From a virus (Duplodnaviria > Caudoviricetes): a stretch of DNA of 64,000 nucleotides. How positions within the stretch are numbered: the first letter of the stretch is position 1; every line of letters starts with the position of its first letter. The stretch is from IMG/VR virus record IMGVR_UViG_3300024259_001623; one strand, written 5' to 3'. Positions 1 to 7,895 of the stretch are shown in pieces. A model generated the notes under the pieces. It had not been told where the DNA came from. It did no database searches and saw only the letters and a program-made list of their open reading frames with translations. A program made the position numbers and the translations under genes.

Positions 1-280
1 AAAAAATTCCTCTTATGCCTAAAATAAAATCGCCTGGACAAACAACGAATTCTTTACCATCATTATCATAATCATCAATCCAACCATGATTATGCATTAT
101 ATGACCACAATGAGGACACTTCATTTGTCCATCGATACCAGGATGTCTATAATAACGAACGACTTTACCTTCTCCCTCAAATGGTTGACCATCAGAATCC
201 TCAAACATCTCAGTATTATCTTCTGGATGATCTCCATTTTCAAACCATTGCGCAAGCGTAAAATTTTTAATTTCAATCAT
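1..280 (-). CDS. Conserved phage hypothetical protein (partial, runs off window start)
   Basis: Manual translation from ATG at 280 after AAGGA: MIEIKNF...GKVVRYYRHPGIDGQMKCPHCGHIMHNHGWID...VVCPGDF; open to position 1. Confidence 0.75.
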   Translation of the reverse strand, partial: MIEIKNFTLAQWFENGDHPEDNTEMFEDSDGQPFEGEGKVVRYYRHPGIDGQMKCPHCGHIMHNHGWIDDYDNDGKEFVVCPGDFILGIRGIF

Positions 281-311
281 ATTATTTTCCTTATAATCTT
301 CTTATTATATC

Positions 312-503
312 TCAGAATGGTACATGTTCTTTATAGGCTTCACATCCATCACATATAGGATATAAATCTGTTCTATTACATGACTCTGCTACTCTATCAC
401 TTTTATGTTGAAAAGTTAAATAAATTCCACAACTAGGACATGGTTTGAGTACCATATAATGCTTTTTTCTGCACCACTTACAATATAACTTTACAGATTT
501 CAT
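312..503 (-). CDS. Small Zn-finger hypothetical protein
   Basis: Three CxxC pairs; ATGA overlap with upstream gene. Confidence 0.6.
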   Translation of the reverse strand: MKSVKLYCKWCRKKHYMVLKPCPSCGIYLTFQHKSDRVAESCNRTDLYPICDGCEAYKEHVPF

Positions 504-931
504 TGATAATCCTCATCTTGAATAATACCGTATTTATGGAAATACCTTAATGGTCGCCATTTATGGTCATTCACATAGAAACCCCATTTATGTCGAGGTC
601 TGCCGAACAATAACAATGTCCAAGCACCTTCTTTAGGAATATCCAAATAATGTTTTTGTTCTGCTTTAGCTTTCCAAATGCTAATTGCTTTGACTTCTTT
701 AGCTCCATCAGGCGTTACATTCTTGTATTTACCCTTCAAAACAATAGAAATCAAATCACAAGAATGGTCATGAAAAAATCTTCTATCATCCGATTTAATC
801 CAATGATGCAATCTGATAGAGAAACCAAAGATAATCAGAGTCCATCTATATAGATAAGGGCAATCTTTTTTACCTAATGGTTCCTTCCATCTAAATTGAA
901 GCCATTTATTAAATTTCTTATAAGGTTTCAT
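500..931 (-). CDS. Cupin-like hypothetical protein
   Basis: LHHW...HDH...SIVLKGKY and AWTLLLFG are cupin-like; start moved to ATG 931, just after the tRNA-like RNA. Confidence 0.55.
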   Translation of the reverse strand: MKPYKKFNKWLQFRWKEPLGKKDCPYLYRWTLIIFGFSIRLHHWIKSDDRRFFHDHSCDLISIVLKGKYKNVTPDGAKEVKAISIWKAKAEQKHYLDIPKEGAWTLLLFGRPRHKWGFYVNDHKWRPLRYFHKYGIIQDEDYQ

Positions 932-933
932 AA

Positions 934-1059
934 TCAACGAAGTGGGAGTCGAACCACGCCTATAGATTCATATATATTTTCCCGGGAAATTATATATTCC
1001 AAAATAAACTCACACACTACGGCTTAGTTGCCGCTGCTCTACCGTTAAGCTATCCGCTG
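934..1059 (-). ncRNA. tRNA-like RNA with 55-nt insertion in T stem (51/52); atypical 6-nt anticodon loop
   Basis: Acceptor CAGCGGA/TTCGTTG, D arm GCTT-AACGGTA-GAGC, stem GCGGC/GCCGT; removing 956-1010 restores GTGGG-TTCGACT-CCCAC. Confidence 0.75.
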
Positions 1060-1079
1060 TTTTCATATAATCTATCCAA

Positions 1080-1295
1080 CTACTGCGACTCGTCCGGGTC
1101 GCCAGAAACAAGTACAGAGAACGAGTCCCTTCCGCACTTCGGGCATTTGGCCCACCACCACCCATCATCATCCGTAGATATGTCTTCTGCTGGGTTGGAT
1201 TCCTGCGGGAAGTAATTCCAATTGCCGTGTTCCTCGCACCGGAATATGGCTAATTTCGCATCTTCTATGCCCACCGCATTCTCTCCTTTTTCCAA
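1080..1295 (-). CDS. Small hypothetical protein (C-terminal CxxC)
   Basis: ORF track; probable GTG start after AAGGAG. Confidence 0.5.
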   Translation of the reverse strand: MEKGENAVGIEDAKLAIFRCEEHGNWNYFPQESNPAEDISTDDDGWWWAKCPKCGRDSFSVLVSGDPDESQ

Positions 1296-1329
1296 AGTGG
1301 AAACTTCTGTTTTCTATAAGTTTTCATAA

Positions 1330-1457
1330 TCAGTGGGGAGGGACTCGCACCTTTCTAGCCAACTACTAATACACTTTCCGGAAGCCATATTAGCGTTCTA
1401 CTAACTCTCGACCTTCCCCGTGTTACGGGGGACGCTCTGCTACTGAGCTACCCACTG
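1330..1457 (-). ncRNA. tRNA-like RNA with 55-nt insertion in T stem (51/52); 8-nt anticodon loop
   Basis: Acceptor CAGTGGG/CCCACTG, D arm GCTC..GAGC, stem TCCCC/GGGGA; removing 1352-1406 restores GAGGG-TGCGAGT-CCCTC. Confidence 0.75.
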
Positions 1458-1473
1458 GTTTACAATTTTATAA

Positions 1474-1627
1474 TCAACAGTGAGGGAATCGAACCTAAAC
1501 CTATTCTCATCAAAAAACGTTTCGAACCGCTTAATGACTACTAATAGATTCTCTACCTTCCACCATAATAGACGACTGCACCTTTCGCCATATTAGGTGG
1601 TTGCTCCGTCCAATGAGCTACCTGTCG
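1474..1627 (-). ncRNA. tRNA-like RNA with 55-nt T-stem insertion and extended anticodon arm
   Basis: Acceptor CGACAGG/ACTGTTG, D arm GCTC..GAGC; removing 1496-1550 restores GAGGG-TTCGATT-CCCTC; anticodon arm CCACC-TAATA...TATTA-T-GGTGG. Confidence 0.7.
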
Positions 1628-1640
1628 GTTTAAACTACTG

Positions 1641-2054
1641 TTACTGTTTGCTTCTTTTACTTATAATTAATCCTTTTAAACGATCACATACATGTTTTCT
1701 ACAATCATCACCAAAATCTTGGTCTAGATCATGGAAACCAGGTCTGGCGTTTTTTTTGCTCTTTTTAGCAGACTTTTTTCTTCTCGTTTCCCAACCTTTT
1801 TTAGAAGCTGCGCTACGTTTCTTACATTCAGCTTCCCATTTATCTTTGCATCTATTTACTGCTGACATCATATCATCTCCTAGAGTATCAGGCGTTAGCA
1901 ATGATATAGTAATCAATTCAACAGTACCATGTACTAATCCAGCAGCAAGAACATCTTTTGCTTCTTCGGTCATTGTATCAGTATCATATTCAACAATACT
2001 ATAGCCATCATAAGGACAATTTTCAGCTACCGTTATTTTCATCTTCTTCTCCAT
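1641..2054 (-). CDS. Hypothetical protein with basic low-complexity segment
   Basis: ORF track, co-oriented with neighbours. Confidence 0.6.
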   Translation of the reverse strand: MEKKMKITVAENCPYDGYSIVEYDTDTMTEEAKDVLAAGLVHGTVELITISLLTPDTLGDDMMSAVNRCKDKWEAECKKRSAASKKGWETRRKKSAKKSKKNARPGFHDLDQDFGDDCRKHVCDRLKGLIISKRSKQ

Positions 2055-2238
2055 CTTCGACTATTTGAAAATAAGAATCAGATAATCTATCTGATAATTT
2101 ATTTATAGTCTCAATATCTTTTTTCGTATTTTTAGGTCTTGCAGGATCATCTCTAAGAACTTGTAAAGCCCAAAGAATACAATTAAACTCATTTACAGTG
2201 AATTTCATTTCATTAACTCTTTTACTTGAGTAGTACAA
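2023..2238 (-). CDS. Hypothetical protein
   Basis: ORF track, packed operon. Confidence 0.5.
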   Translation of the reverse strand: MYYSSKRVNEMKFTVNEFNCILWALQVLRDDPARPKNTKKDIETINKLSDRLSDSYFQIVEDGEEDENNGS

Positions 2239-2399
2239 CTAGGATCAAGAATAAATTTCTGTTTGAATTTACCTCGTTTTATTTTTCGCGTCCAAAGTAA
2301 TCTTCGCATAAAATTTAAAATTGGTCTTCCTTTGAAAGTTACAACCGGCCAACCCAATTTATCTAGATACTGCATATTCTTTTCCTTATTGTCTATCAT
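2205..2399 (-). CDS. Hypothetical protein
   Basis: ORF track. Confidence 0.45.
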   Translation of the reverse strand: MIDNKEKNMQYLDKLGWPVVTFKGRPILNFMRRLLWTRKIKRGKFKQKFILDPSCTTQVKELMK

Positions 2400-3258
2400 A
2401 GTATTCTAGCCATTTTTTAATACATTTGTCAGAAACATTATATTTTCTACCAACAGCACAATAAGACATTGTTTCTAAGTCTTTTAAAAGCTGTTGCTTT
2501 GAAGGTCGTTCCACTTTTCTTTGATTTACTCTTGGAATATAATTTTTAGAAATATAATCAAAATATTCTTTTCGACTCCCATATTTTCTTTTCTTTTCTG
2601 GATAAAAAGTATATTTTGCTGCTCGATATCCTTTAGCATTTTTATTTTTTTTAAGATGTATAGTTTTTATTTCACATGGTTCTACATTTTGTTTCTTTCT
2701 GTTATCAATAAATTTAACAAGCTCTTTAAGAATTATTTTACTATTTTTCTTAAGTTCTTGCCAGCTTATACGAAAAACTTCCCATCCTTGAGATAACGCA
2801 TACTTATCTCTTTTTATATCTTTTTTAATAGTTTTATCATCTTTGAAGTGATGTTGACCATCTATTTCTATATCAATTTTTAATTCTAAAATAACAAAAT
2901 CGAATACGTATTGCTTGTTTTGAACTTTTTCTAAAATAGTAAAATTATCAAAATACTTAGTATTATTTATCAACGTTAAAAAATATTGCTCTGGATAAGT
3001 CCTATTTTCTTTATTTAAATTTACAGAAAGCCAACCTGGGTGCCGTCCTTCGGAATGAGCTTTTTTCATAGATTTAGAAATTTTTTGTGCATTAATTTGA
3101 GCGACCTCTTTACAACTTCTGCTACTTATAAGTTTATTTTTCTTAGCTTTTCTTATATAATGCATTCCTATTTGAAACTTTTCACAAATCTCTTTCCACG
3201 AGTGCCCTTCATTATAATATTTTTGTATTTTTTGCCAATTATAATTTTTGTTTTTCAT
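2386..3258 (-). CDS. Free-standing DUF559/Vsr-like endonuclease with HTH modules (putative homing endonuclease)
   Basis: YVFDF...IEIDGQHH...RD...GWEVFRISW motif; C-terminal HTH; ATG at 3258 follows GGAG. Confidence 0.8.
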   Translation of the reverse strand: MKNKNYNWQKIQKYYNEGHSWKEICEKFQIGMHYIRKAKKNKLISSRSCKEVAQINAQKISKSMKKAHSEGRHPGWLSVNLNKENRTYPEQYFLTLINNTKYFDNFTILEKVQNKQYVFDFVILELKIDIEIDGQHHFKDDKTIKKDIKRDKYALSQGWEVFRISWQELKKNSKIILKELVKFIDNRKKQNVEPCEIKTIHLKKNKNAKGYRAAKYTFYPEKKRKYGSRKEYFDYISKNYIPRVNQRKVERPSKQQLLKDLETMSYCAVGRKYNVSDKCIKKWLEYYDRQ

Positions 3259-3321
3259 TTCGAACTCCAATCTTTTTTATTACATTCTATTGAAGTTCGA
3301 GAAAACCTTCTTAAAAATAAC

Positions 3322-3398
3322 TATTCCTGGCTGGACTCGAACCAGCATAATCATCCTGCTTCGTAGGCAGGGGCCTTATCCAATTAGACTACAGGAAC
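3322..3398 (-). tRNA. tRNA-Arg(ACG)
   Basis: Cloverleaf; CCTGC-CTACGAA-GCAGG; T loop TTCGAGT. Confidence 0.9.
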
Positions 3399-3437
3399 AT
3401 ATAGCCGGGTGTTTTAATCCAATTATACTATAGGGAC

Positions 3438-3707
3438 TTATGGAACATAAAAGACAGGACGACCATCAACATCATCAAACTCCATTACCGCATCTTTCAT
3501 TTCAAAAGGTCTTTCAACAGTCTCACAAATAGGCTTTGAAATCTTCTCGCCTTCCCGACTAACAACTTCAAAAATCTCATCAGTCTCAACAACATCATAA
3601 CCATACGTAGGCAATTCCAAACAATGCTTAATAGAATTCAATATCTTTACTGCCACTTCCTCAGTAACTTCAGGATTGAATACTAGAACCGCTGATAACC
3701 TTTTCAT
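3438..3707 (-). CDS. Hypothetical protein
   Basis: ORF track; start adjusted to MKRLSAV. Confidence 0.55.
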   Translation of the reverse strand: MKRLSAVLVFNPEVTEEVAVKILNSIKHCLELPTYGYDVVETDEIFEVVSREGEKISKPICETVERPFEMKDAVMEFDDVDGRPVFYVP

Positions 3708-3921
3708 CGTTGATTTCCTTTTGAACAGCATCAAATTTACAAGTATGACAAACCAATTTGCCATTATGAACTTTCATGTAGCTACGATGTTCCCATTTTC
3801 CGCACTCAGGACAGGGAAGTTGACCACAGTGAATCTTCAAAGCATTGTCCATGCCTCTCTTAATAGGTTTTATACTCAGACAAACTATAAATAAACCTAA
3901 TGCTATTAAAAAACCAGTCAT
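3670..3921 (-). CDS. Small protein with N-terminal TM helix and Zn ribbon
   Basis: Hydrophobic N-terminus; CPECG...CHTC. Confidence 0.55.
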   Translation of the reverse strand: MTGFLIALGLFIVCLSIKPIKRGMDNALKIHCGQLPCPECGKWEHRSYMKVHNGKLVCHTCKFDAVQKEINDEKVISGSSIQS

Positions 3922-3945
3922 TATATAATCCTTTATATTATGTAA

Positions 3946-4018
3946 TAGGAGCAGCAGGACTTGAACCTGCGGCCGGTCGCTTATCGGGCGACTGCTCTGC
4001 CATCTGAGCTTTGCTCCC
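3946..4018 (-). tRNA. tRNA-Ile(GAT)
   Basis: GTCGC-CCGATAA-GCGAC (C33 instead of U33); acceptor GGGAGCA/TGCTCCT. Confidence 0.85.
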
Positions 4019-4023
4019 TTATG

Positions 4024-4218
4024 CTATAACAAATACTTATCATCGACATCTTCAACTTTCCAAGAAAATTGCCAATTGGCACCTGAAACAGAACATTGTT
4101 TTGATTCATGATTAGTTAATACACTCTCTTTGAGCCTATCTTCATATTCATTAAAAAGTTTTCTTAAACAATCGTATCTATTTTTTCCATAAACTTCGAC
4201 AATTAACTTTTTTGCCAT
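4024..4218 (-). CDS. Hypothetical protein
   Basis: ORF track with AGGAAG RBS. Confidence 0.55.
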   Translation of the reverse strand: MAKKLIVEVYGKNRYDCLRKLFNEYEDRLKESVLTNHESKQCSVSGANWQFSWKVEDVDDKYLL

Positions 4219-4232
4219 TTTTTCTTCCTTAT

Positions 4233-4439
4233 TTAATCGCTAAACATATTTAATTGGAAAGTATGTTCTTTACCACATGCAGGACAAATAAAACACGCCT
4301 CTGTAAAAATGCAAGAGTCCTCGTCTAAATACATTTCTATATTGTCAGAACTTAATGAACAATTAACCCAACGAATTTTGTTAGAACACCGAAAAGCGAT
4401 AATCAACGATGTACTTTGAGATTTAATCTCTCTTATCAT
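4233..4439 (-). CDS. Small Zn-ribbon protein (paralog of 12005 and 12234)
   Basis: F-x-C ... CPACGKEH motif. Confidence 0.55.
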   Translation of the reverse strand: MIREIKSQSTSLIIAFRCSNKIRWVNCSLSSDNIEMYLDEDSCIFTEACFICPACGKEHTFQLNMFSD

Positions 4440-4455
4440 TTTTTACTTCCTTTAA

Positions 4456-4527
4456 TGGGCCGACCCGGGATCGAACCGGGGACCCCGCCTTTTCAAGGCG
4501 GTGCTTTACCTCTTAAGCTCTCAACCC
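4456..4527 (-). tRNA. tRNA-Phe(GAA)
   Basis: CCGCC-TTGAAAA-GGCGG; acceptor GGGTTGA/TCGGCCC. Confidence 0.9.
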
Positions 4528-4590
4528 AGTTTTTAATGAAAAAAGCTCTACTAATGGCCCTTCACATACATATTACTTCAAAAACATTAA

Positions 4591-4663
4591 TGGGATGAGA
4601 TGGAATCGAACCAACTTCTGGCGATCTTCAGTCGCCCGCTTGGACCACGTAAGCTATCATCCC
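4591..4663 (-). tRNA. tRNA-Phe(GAA), second divergent copy
   Basis: GGCGA-CTGAAGA-TCGCC; acceptor GGGATGA/TCATCCC. Confidence 0.88.
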
Positions 4664-4703
4664 TTCTATATTTAAGACCCAAAAGCTCTACCTAATAACT
4701 GAG

Positions 4704-4940
4704 CTAACGGCCCGTATATATTGTTAAAATATCTGTCTCTTGCGATACATCATCAATCAAAACCCAATCAGCCAATTCAACTTTTTCGCTACCACAAAAT
4801 ACCCAATCTACTATTTCACCATCAAAACAAGTCATATGATCTTCGTATATTAGAAAATAAACAAATTTTGTAGTAACTTGAAAAACGACTCTCATAATAT
4901 TATCATGCACATAAGCATGACCTATTAATGCTTGACTCAT
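4704..4940 (-). CDS. Hypothetical protein
   Basis: ORF track. Confidence 0.5.
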   Translation of the reverse strand: MSQALIGHAYVHDNIMRVVFQVTTKFVYFLIYEDHMTCFDGEIVDWVFCGSEKVELADWVLIDDVSQETDILTIYTGR

Positions 4941-4944
4941 TTTA

Positions 4945-5268
4945 TTATTCCTCTCGGTTAAAAAATCTAATCAATTTATAAGTCTTAATTTCTTTTACTT
5001 CTACAATAATCATTTCATCCAAGTAACTTTGAAGACCATTCCCTCGATAATCTTTCTCACTCTCTTTTATAAAAGAAATTAAATGAGATAATGCTTTCTT
5101 AGCTTCCTTTGAAGTATTGAAAAACTTAGCTTCATCAGGTGTCAATGCGAACCTTTCTCCATAGCACAAATATCTATGCTTCCAACAGGGAACGAGTTCT
5201 TCTTCACTATAACCAAGAAATAAAGATTCTCTTTGAGAATTATAAATTACATATTTATAAGCATCCAT
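4945..5268 (-). CDS. Hypothetical protein (F-x-T/K-x-EA-x-x-AL paralog family)
   Basis: AKFFNTSKEAKKAL motif shared with 5268 and 5806. Confidence 0.6.
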   Translation of the reverse strand: MDAYKYVIYNSQRESLFLGYSEEELVPCWKHRYLCYGERFALTPDEAKFFNTSKEAKKALSHLISFIKESEKDYRGNGLQSYLDEMIIVEVKEIKTYKLIRFFNREE

Positions 5269-5576
5269 TACTCTTTCTCTTTCTTAATAGCAAAACAACT
5301 AACGCAATTTACTGGCATAACGCTCAGATTATAATATACTTTTACATCGCCACTGTCCTTGGTATATGCCTTAAAAATCTTCGACAGGGCTGTTTCTGCT
5401 TCTTCTTTTGTACCAAAGATTTTTGCGCTGGAAATTAAAACTTGTTCGTCATCTTCTGTTTCTCTAAGATAACTTCCGAACCATTGTCCCATTGGATCAT
5501 CTTCTGACCATTCAGAAAGAAAACTATCTTCTTCTTCATCTACAATTACAAATCCATCATAACTTACTTCTTGCAT
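5268..5576 (-). CDS. Hypothetical protein (same paralog family)
   Basis: AKIFGTKEEAETAL. Confidence 0.6.
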   Translation of the reverse strand: MQEVSYDGFVIVDEEEDSFLSEWSEDDPMGQWFGSYLRETEDDEQVLISSAKIFGTKEEAETALSKIFKAYTKDSGDVKVYYNLSVMPVNCVSCFAIKKEKE

Positions 5577-5588
5577 ATTATTATCCTT

Positions 5589-5798
5589 TTATCTTCTTTC
5601 GCCGCATTTATCACAGAAATCGCATAATTTTAGTTCGCCGCTATCAGATGACCTTAACTCTTTCCAATTATGATCACATTGATCACCAGTATGATCATAT
5701 TGACCACCAAGAATAGTTGTATTCTTTTCCATTTCCATAACTATTCTATGAGATTCTTGAATAGACTCTTTCGTAATATATTTTTTTTGTTGTGACAT
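5589..5798 (-). CDS. Small hypothetical protein, C-terminal Zn knuckle
   Basis: CDHNW...CDFCDKCG; start adjusted to MSQQKK. Confidence 0.5.
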   Translation of the reverse strand: MSQQKKYITKESIQESHRIVMEMEKNTTILGGQYDHTGDQCDHNWKELRSSDSGELKLCDFCDKCGERR

Positions 5799-5805
5799 AT
5801 TAATA

Positions 5806-6207
5806 TTATCTACTAAGATATTCGTAATGATATACTTTAACCATTTTGCGAATAAAATAAGTTGCATCAAGATGTTTCTGATTACAAGCTTTAAGATCTT
5901 TTTTATAACGACATTGATAACGTCTTCCAGCCTCTTCCAATGTCATCTTCTCTTCTTCTCTCTTCTCGTCATGAATTTTTTTCAAGGTATCTTTTGCTTC
6001 TTGTTCGTCAGTAAATATTACAGTTTTAGAAGTTAGATAAGCTCTATTACAATCTACATGAGAACCTTGACCAGGGCCACCGTCGCCACTCCAATCAGAT
6101 TTCCCATCTCCACTATTATAAACATCAAAACCTATGAAACAATTTCCGCCAGAATAACTTATTCTCTTAATGGCATAGTAAACCTTATCTTCATCGTTAT
6201 CGGACAT
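5806..6207 (-). CDS. Hypothetical protein (same paralog family)
   Basis: VIFTDEQEAKDTL. Confidence 0.6.
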   Translation of the reverse strand: MSDNDEDKVYYAIKRISYSGGNCFIGFDVYNSGDGKSDWSGDGGPGQGSHVDCNRAYLTSKTVIFTDEQEAKDTLKKIHDEKREEEKMTLEEAGRRYQCRYKKDLKACNQKHLDATYFIRKMVKVYHYEYLSR

Positions 6208-6227
6208 TTTTCATCTCCTTAAAGAAA

Positions 6228-6267
6228 GCCGGTAGCAGGAATCGAACCCGCAACATCTGACTTACGA
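6228..6267 (-). pseudogene. Orphan 3' half of a tRNA-Thr(CGT)-like gene
   Basis: T-CGT-AA-GTCAG-ATGTT-GCGGG-TTCGATT-CCTGC-TACCGGC directly after the HNH stop; no 5' half nearby. Confidence 0.7.
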
Positions 6268-6272
6268 TTCAT

Positions 6273-6833
6273 TCAATAACTTTGACCATTTTTATATCTA
6301 TTTCGTCTTTCATGGCGCCCATTACCTCTATTTTTTCCTTTATACGTAGGTAAAAGCATATCACAGTTACCACAAATCAAACGTAAATTATTCACTCTAT
6401 CATCATAAGGATTTCCATTTTCATGATCTAAAACTAATGGCATGGGTTTTCCGCACCACTCATCTCCACCACAGATTTCACATTTGTTTCCATTTTCTTC
6501 TTTTAAATATTTTTTTATTGTCGGCGACGAGCTATTAATAAATTTTTTATTCTTTTTAACTTCTTTTTTGTATTCTTTCCATTGGTATTCCTGGTGACAA
6601 GAACAAGAACAGTATTTAGCATTTATTGTTTTTCTCTGACAATTAATACATTTCTTAGTAGCGTATTTCCCAGTTGAAAAATTTCTAGTCACACCTTTAT
6701 TGTTATGAGTCGCGGAACAAGAATGAGAACAAAATTTATTTTGTTTTTTATTATAAGGTATATCTTCTTCACATTCTTTACATTTTTTAGGATTTTTATC
6801 GTATTCTTCTTTTGTTTTTTGATGTTTTTTCAT
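6273..6833 (-). CDS. HNH endonuclease (putative homing endonuclease)
   Basis: CEICG...LVLDHENGNPYDDRVNNLRLICGNC; N-terminal Zn fingers. Confidence 0.88.
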   Translation of the reverse strand: MKKHQKTKEEYDKNPKKCKECEEDIPYNKKQNKFCSHSCSATHNNKGVTRNFSTGKYATKKCINCQRKTINAKYCSCSCHQEYQWKEYKKEVKKNKKFINSSSPTIKKYLKEENGNKCEICGGDEWCGKPMPLVLDHENGNPYDDRVNNLRLICGNCDMLLPTYKGKNRGNGRHERRNRYKNGQSY

Positions 6834-6917
6834 AACTCGAACTCCAAAGTAGTATAAATTTTACTGTCTACTTTAGTATTCAAGTCCTATACTAAAATTC
6901 CTTTTATTTTTCTAAAA

Positions 6918-6989
6918 AGCTCCTGCCCAGGGTCGAACTGGAATTTCATGATTACAAGTCAAGTGTTCTACCAATTGAACTACAGAAGC
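6918..6989 (-). tRNA. tRNA-Thr(TGT)
   Basis: CTTGA-CTTGTAA-TCATG; acceptor GCTTCTG/CAGGAGC. Confidence 0.85.
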
Positions 6990-6994
6990 AAATG

Positions 6995-7411
6995 AAGGTT
7001 TGTGTTCAATTTGCTAAAGGGCCGCGAATACAAAACCTTAAAAACCATATCGGCCTCTAAAATAGCGCTAGCATTAGTATTAGCATTAAGAGGGCTATTT
7101 TAAATCATTATGCTCCTACGCTCTTACATAGGTTCCCTATGGCTAATGATTAACGGTCGCCGTGTTATGACATTGCCACAAGTCTCTGCTTGATTTACTA
7201 GTATCTAAAGCAGGCCCAAACAAATTCATGCTTGGCACAGCGTTATTTTTTTGATTGGAGTAGCTTTACCACTTATGTTTAACAAGAAGTTTTCGCCGTG
7301 GGAGCCTACGGAGTACCGTATACTTACTTGGGCATTGACTACTCATTCAAGTTAGGTTTAAGTATCTACATCGTCCGTTTGATCTACTATTTTAATATAG
7401 CAGTCCAATCA
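6995..7411 (-). ncRNA. Candidate large structured non-coding RNA (~420 nt)
   Basis: No ORF of 60 aa or more; about 12 nested helices, e.g. 7404-7411/7252-7259, 7236-7242/7158-7164, 7144-7151/7103-7110; between two tRNAs; strand inferred from context. Confidence 0.6.
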
Positions 7412-7414
7412 TAA

Positions 7415-7487
7415 TAGGCGATACAGGGCTTGAACCTGTGACCTTCTGCGTGTAAAGCAGACGTTCTCCCAACTGAACTAATCGCCT
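7415..7487 (-). tRNA. tRNA-Val(TAC)
   Basis: TCTGC-TTTACAC-GCAGA; acceptor AGGCGAT/ATCGCCT. Confidence 0.9.
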
Positions 7488-7495
7488 GTACTTTT

Positions 7496-7894
7496 TTACA
7501 AATTATCCTTATATTTTTCAGCTATATTTTTTTGTGCCGCAAAGACTATACCTTTATCTACTTCTGGAGTAGGGGAAAAAGGAATCTCCCAAGCCAAAAC
7601 CTCTCCATATTGATCAACATAACAAACTTCGACTCTATTCATTTTGACATCAGATACATAACTAAATGCAATTCTTGTATATGTTGCTCTACAAGAAGGA
7701 GCATTATGACATTTTACTCTAGCTCTAAACTCATATTGATGCATCTCTTTTGCTCTTGCTCTCAAAGCAGTGATATGCTTATCAATAAAAGCTTTTATTT
7801 TATCTGCTTTTTGCTCTTTTTTCTCTCTAACCTCTCTCTCAGCCATAAAGATTTCATAGTCTAAAACATCAATTTTTTGCATCATATTATTCAT
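7496..7894 (-). CDS. Hypothetical protein, tandem paralog family (W-x-IPF-S motif) copy 1
   Basis: LAWEIPFS...AAQKNIAEKY; start adjusted to MNNMMQK. Confidence 0.7.
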   Translation of the reverse strand: MNNMMQKIDVLDYEIFMAEREVREKKEQKADKIKAFIDKHITALRARAKEMHQYEFRARVKCHNAPSCRATYTRIAFSYVSDVKMNRVEVCYVDQYGEVLAWEIPFSPTPEVDKGIVFAAQKNIAEKYKDNL

Positions 7895-7895
7895 T

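Noticed and set aside
100-135. Apparent frameshift in the first gene
   Set aside because: Re-reading gives in-frame GGA CAA ATG AAG TGT CCT; the gene is intact and simply runs off the window
1020-1036. CTA in the anticodon loop of the first tRNA-like RNA as an amber suppressor or sign of TAG recoding
   Set aside because: The loop is 6 nt (AACTAA) without U33, and long genes are intact under code 11 with TAG used as a real stop (e.g. 25684)
934-1627. Archaeal BHB-type intron explanation for the 55-nt inserts
   Set aside because: No 3-4-3 bulge-helix-bulge could be drawn at the junction tested, so the mechanism is left open
6228-6989. Group I intron splitting a tRNA around the HNH
   Set aside because: The upstream tRNA is already complete, no intron core fits between ORF and tRNA halves, and there is no terminal G at the expected junction
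6995-7411. tmRNA or RNase P RNA
   Set aside because: No tRNA-Ala-like ends or tag ORF; no GAGGAAAGUCC-type conserved region
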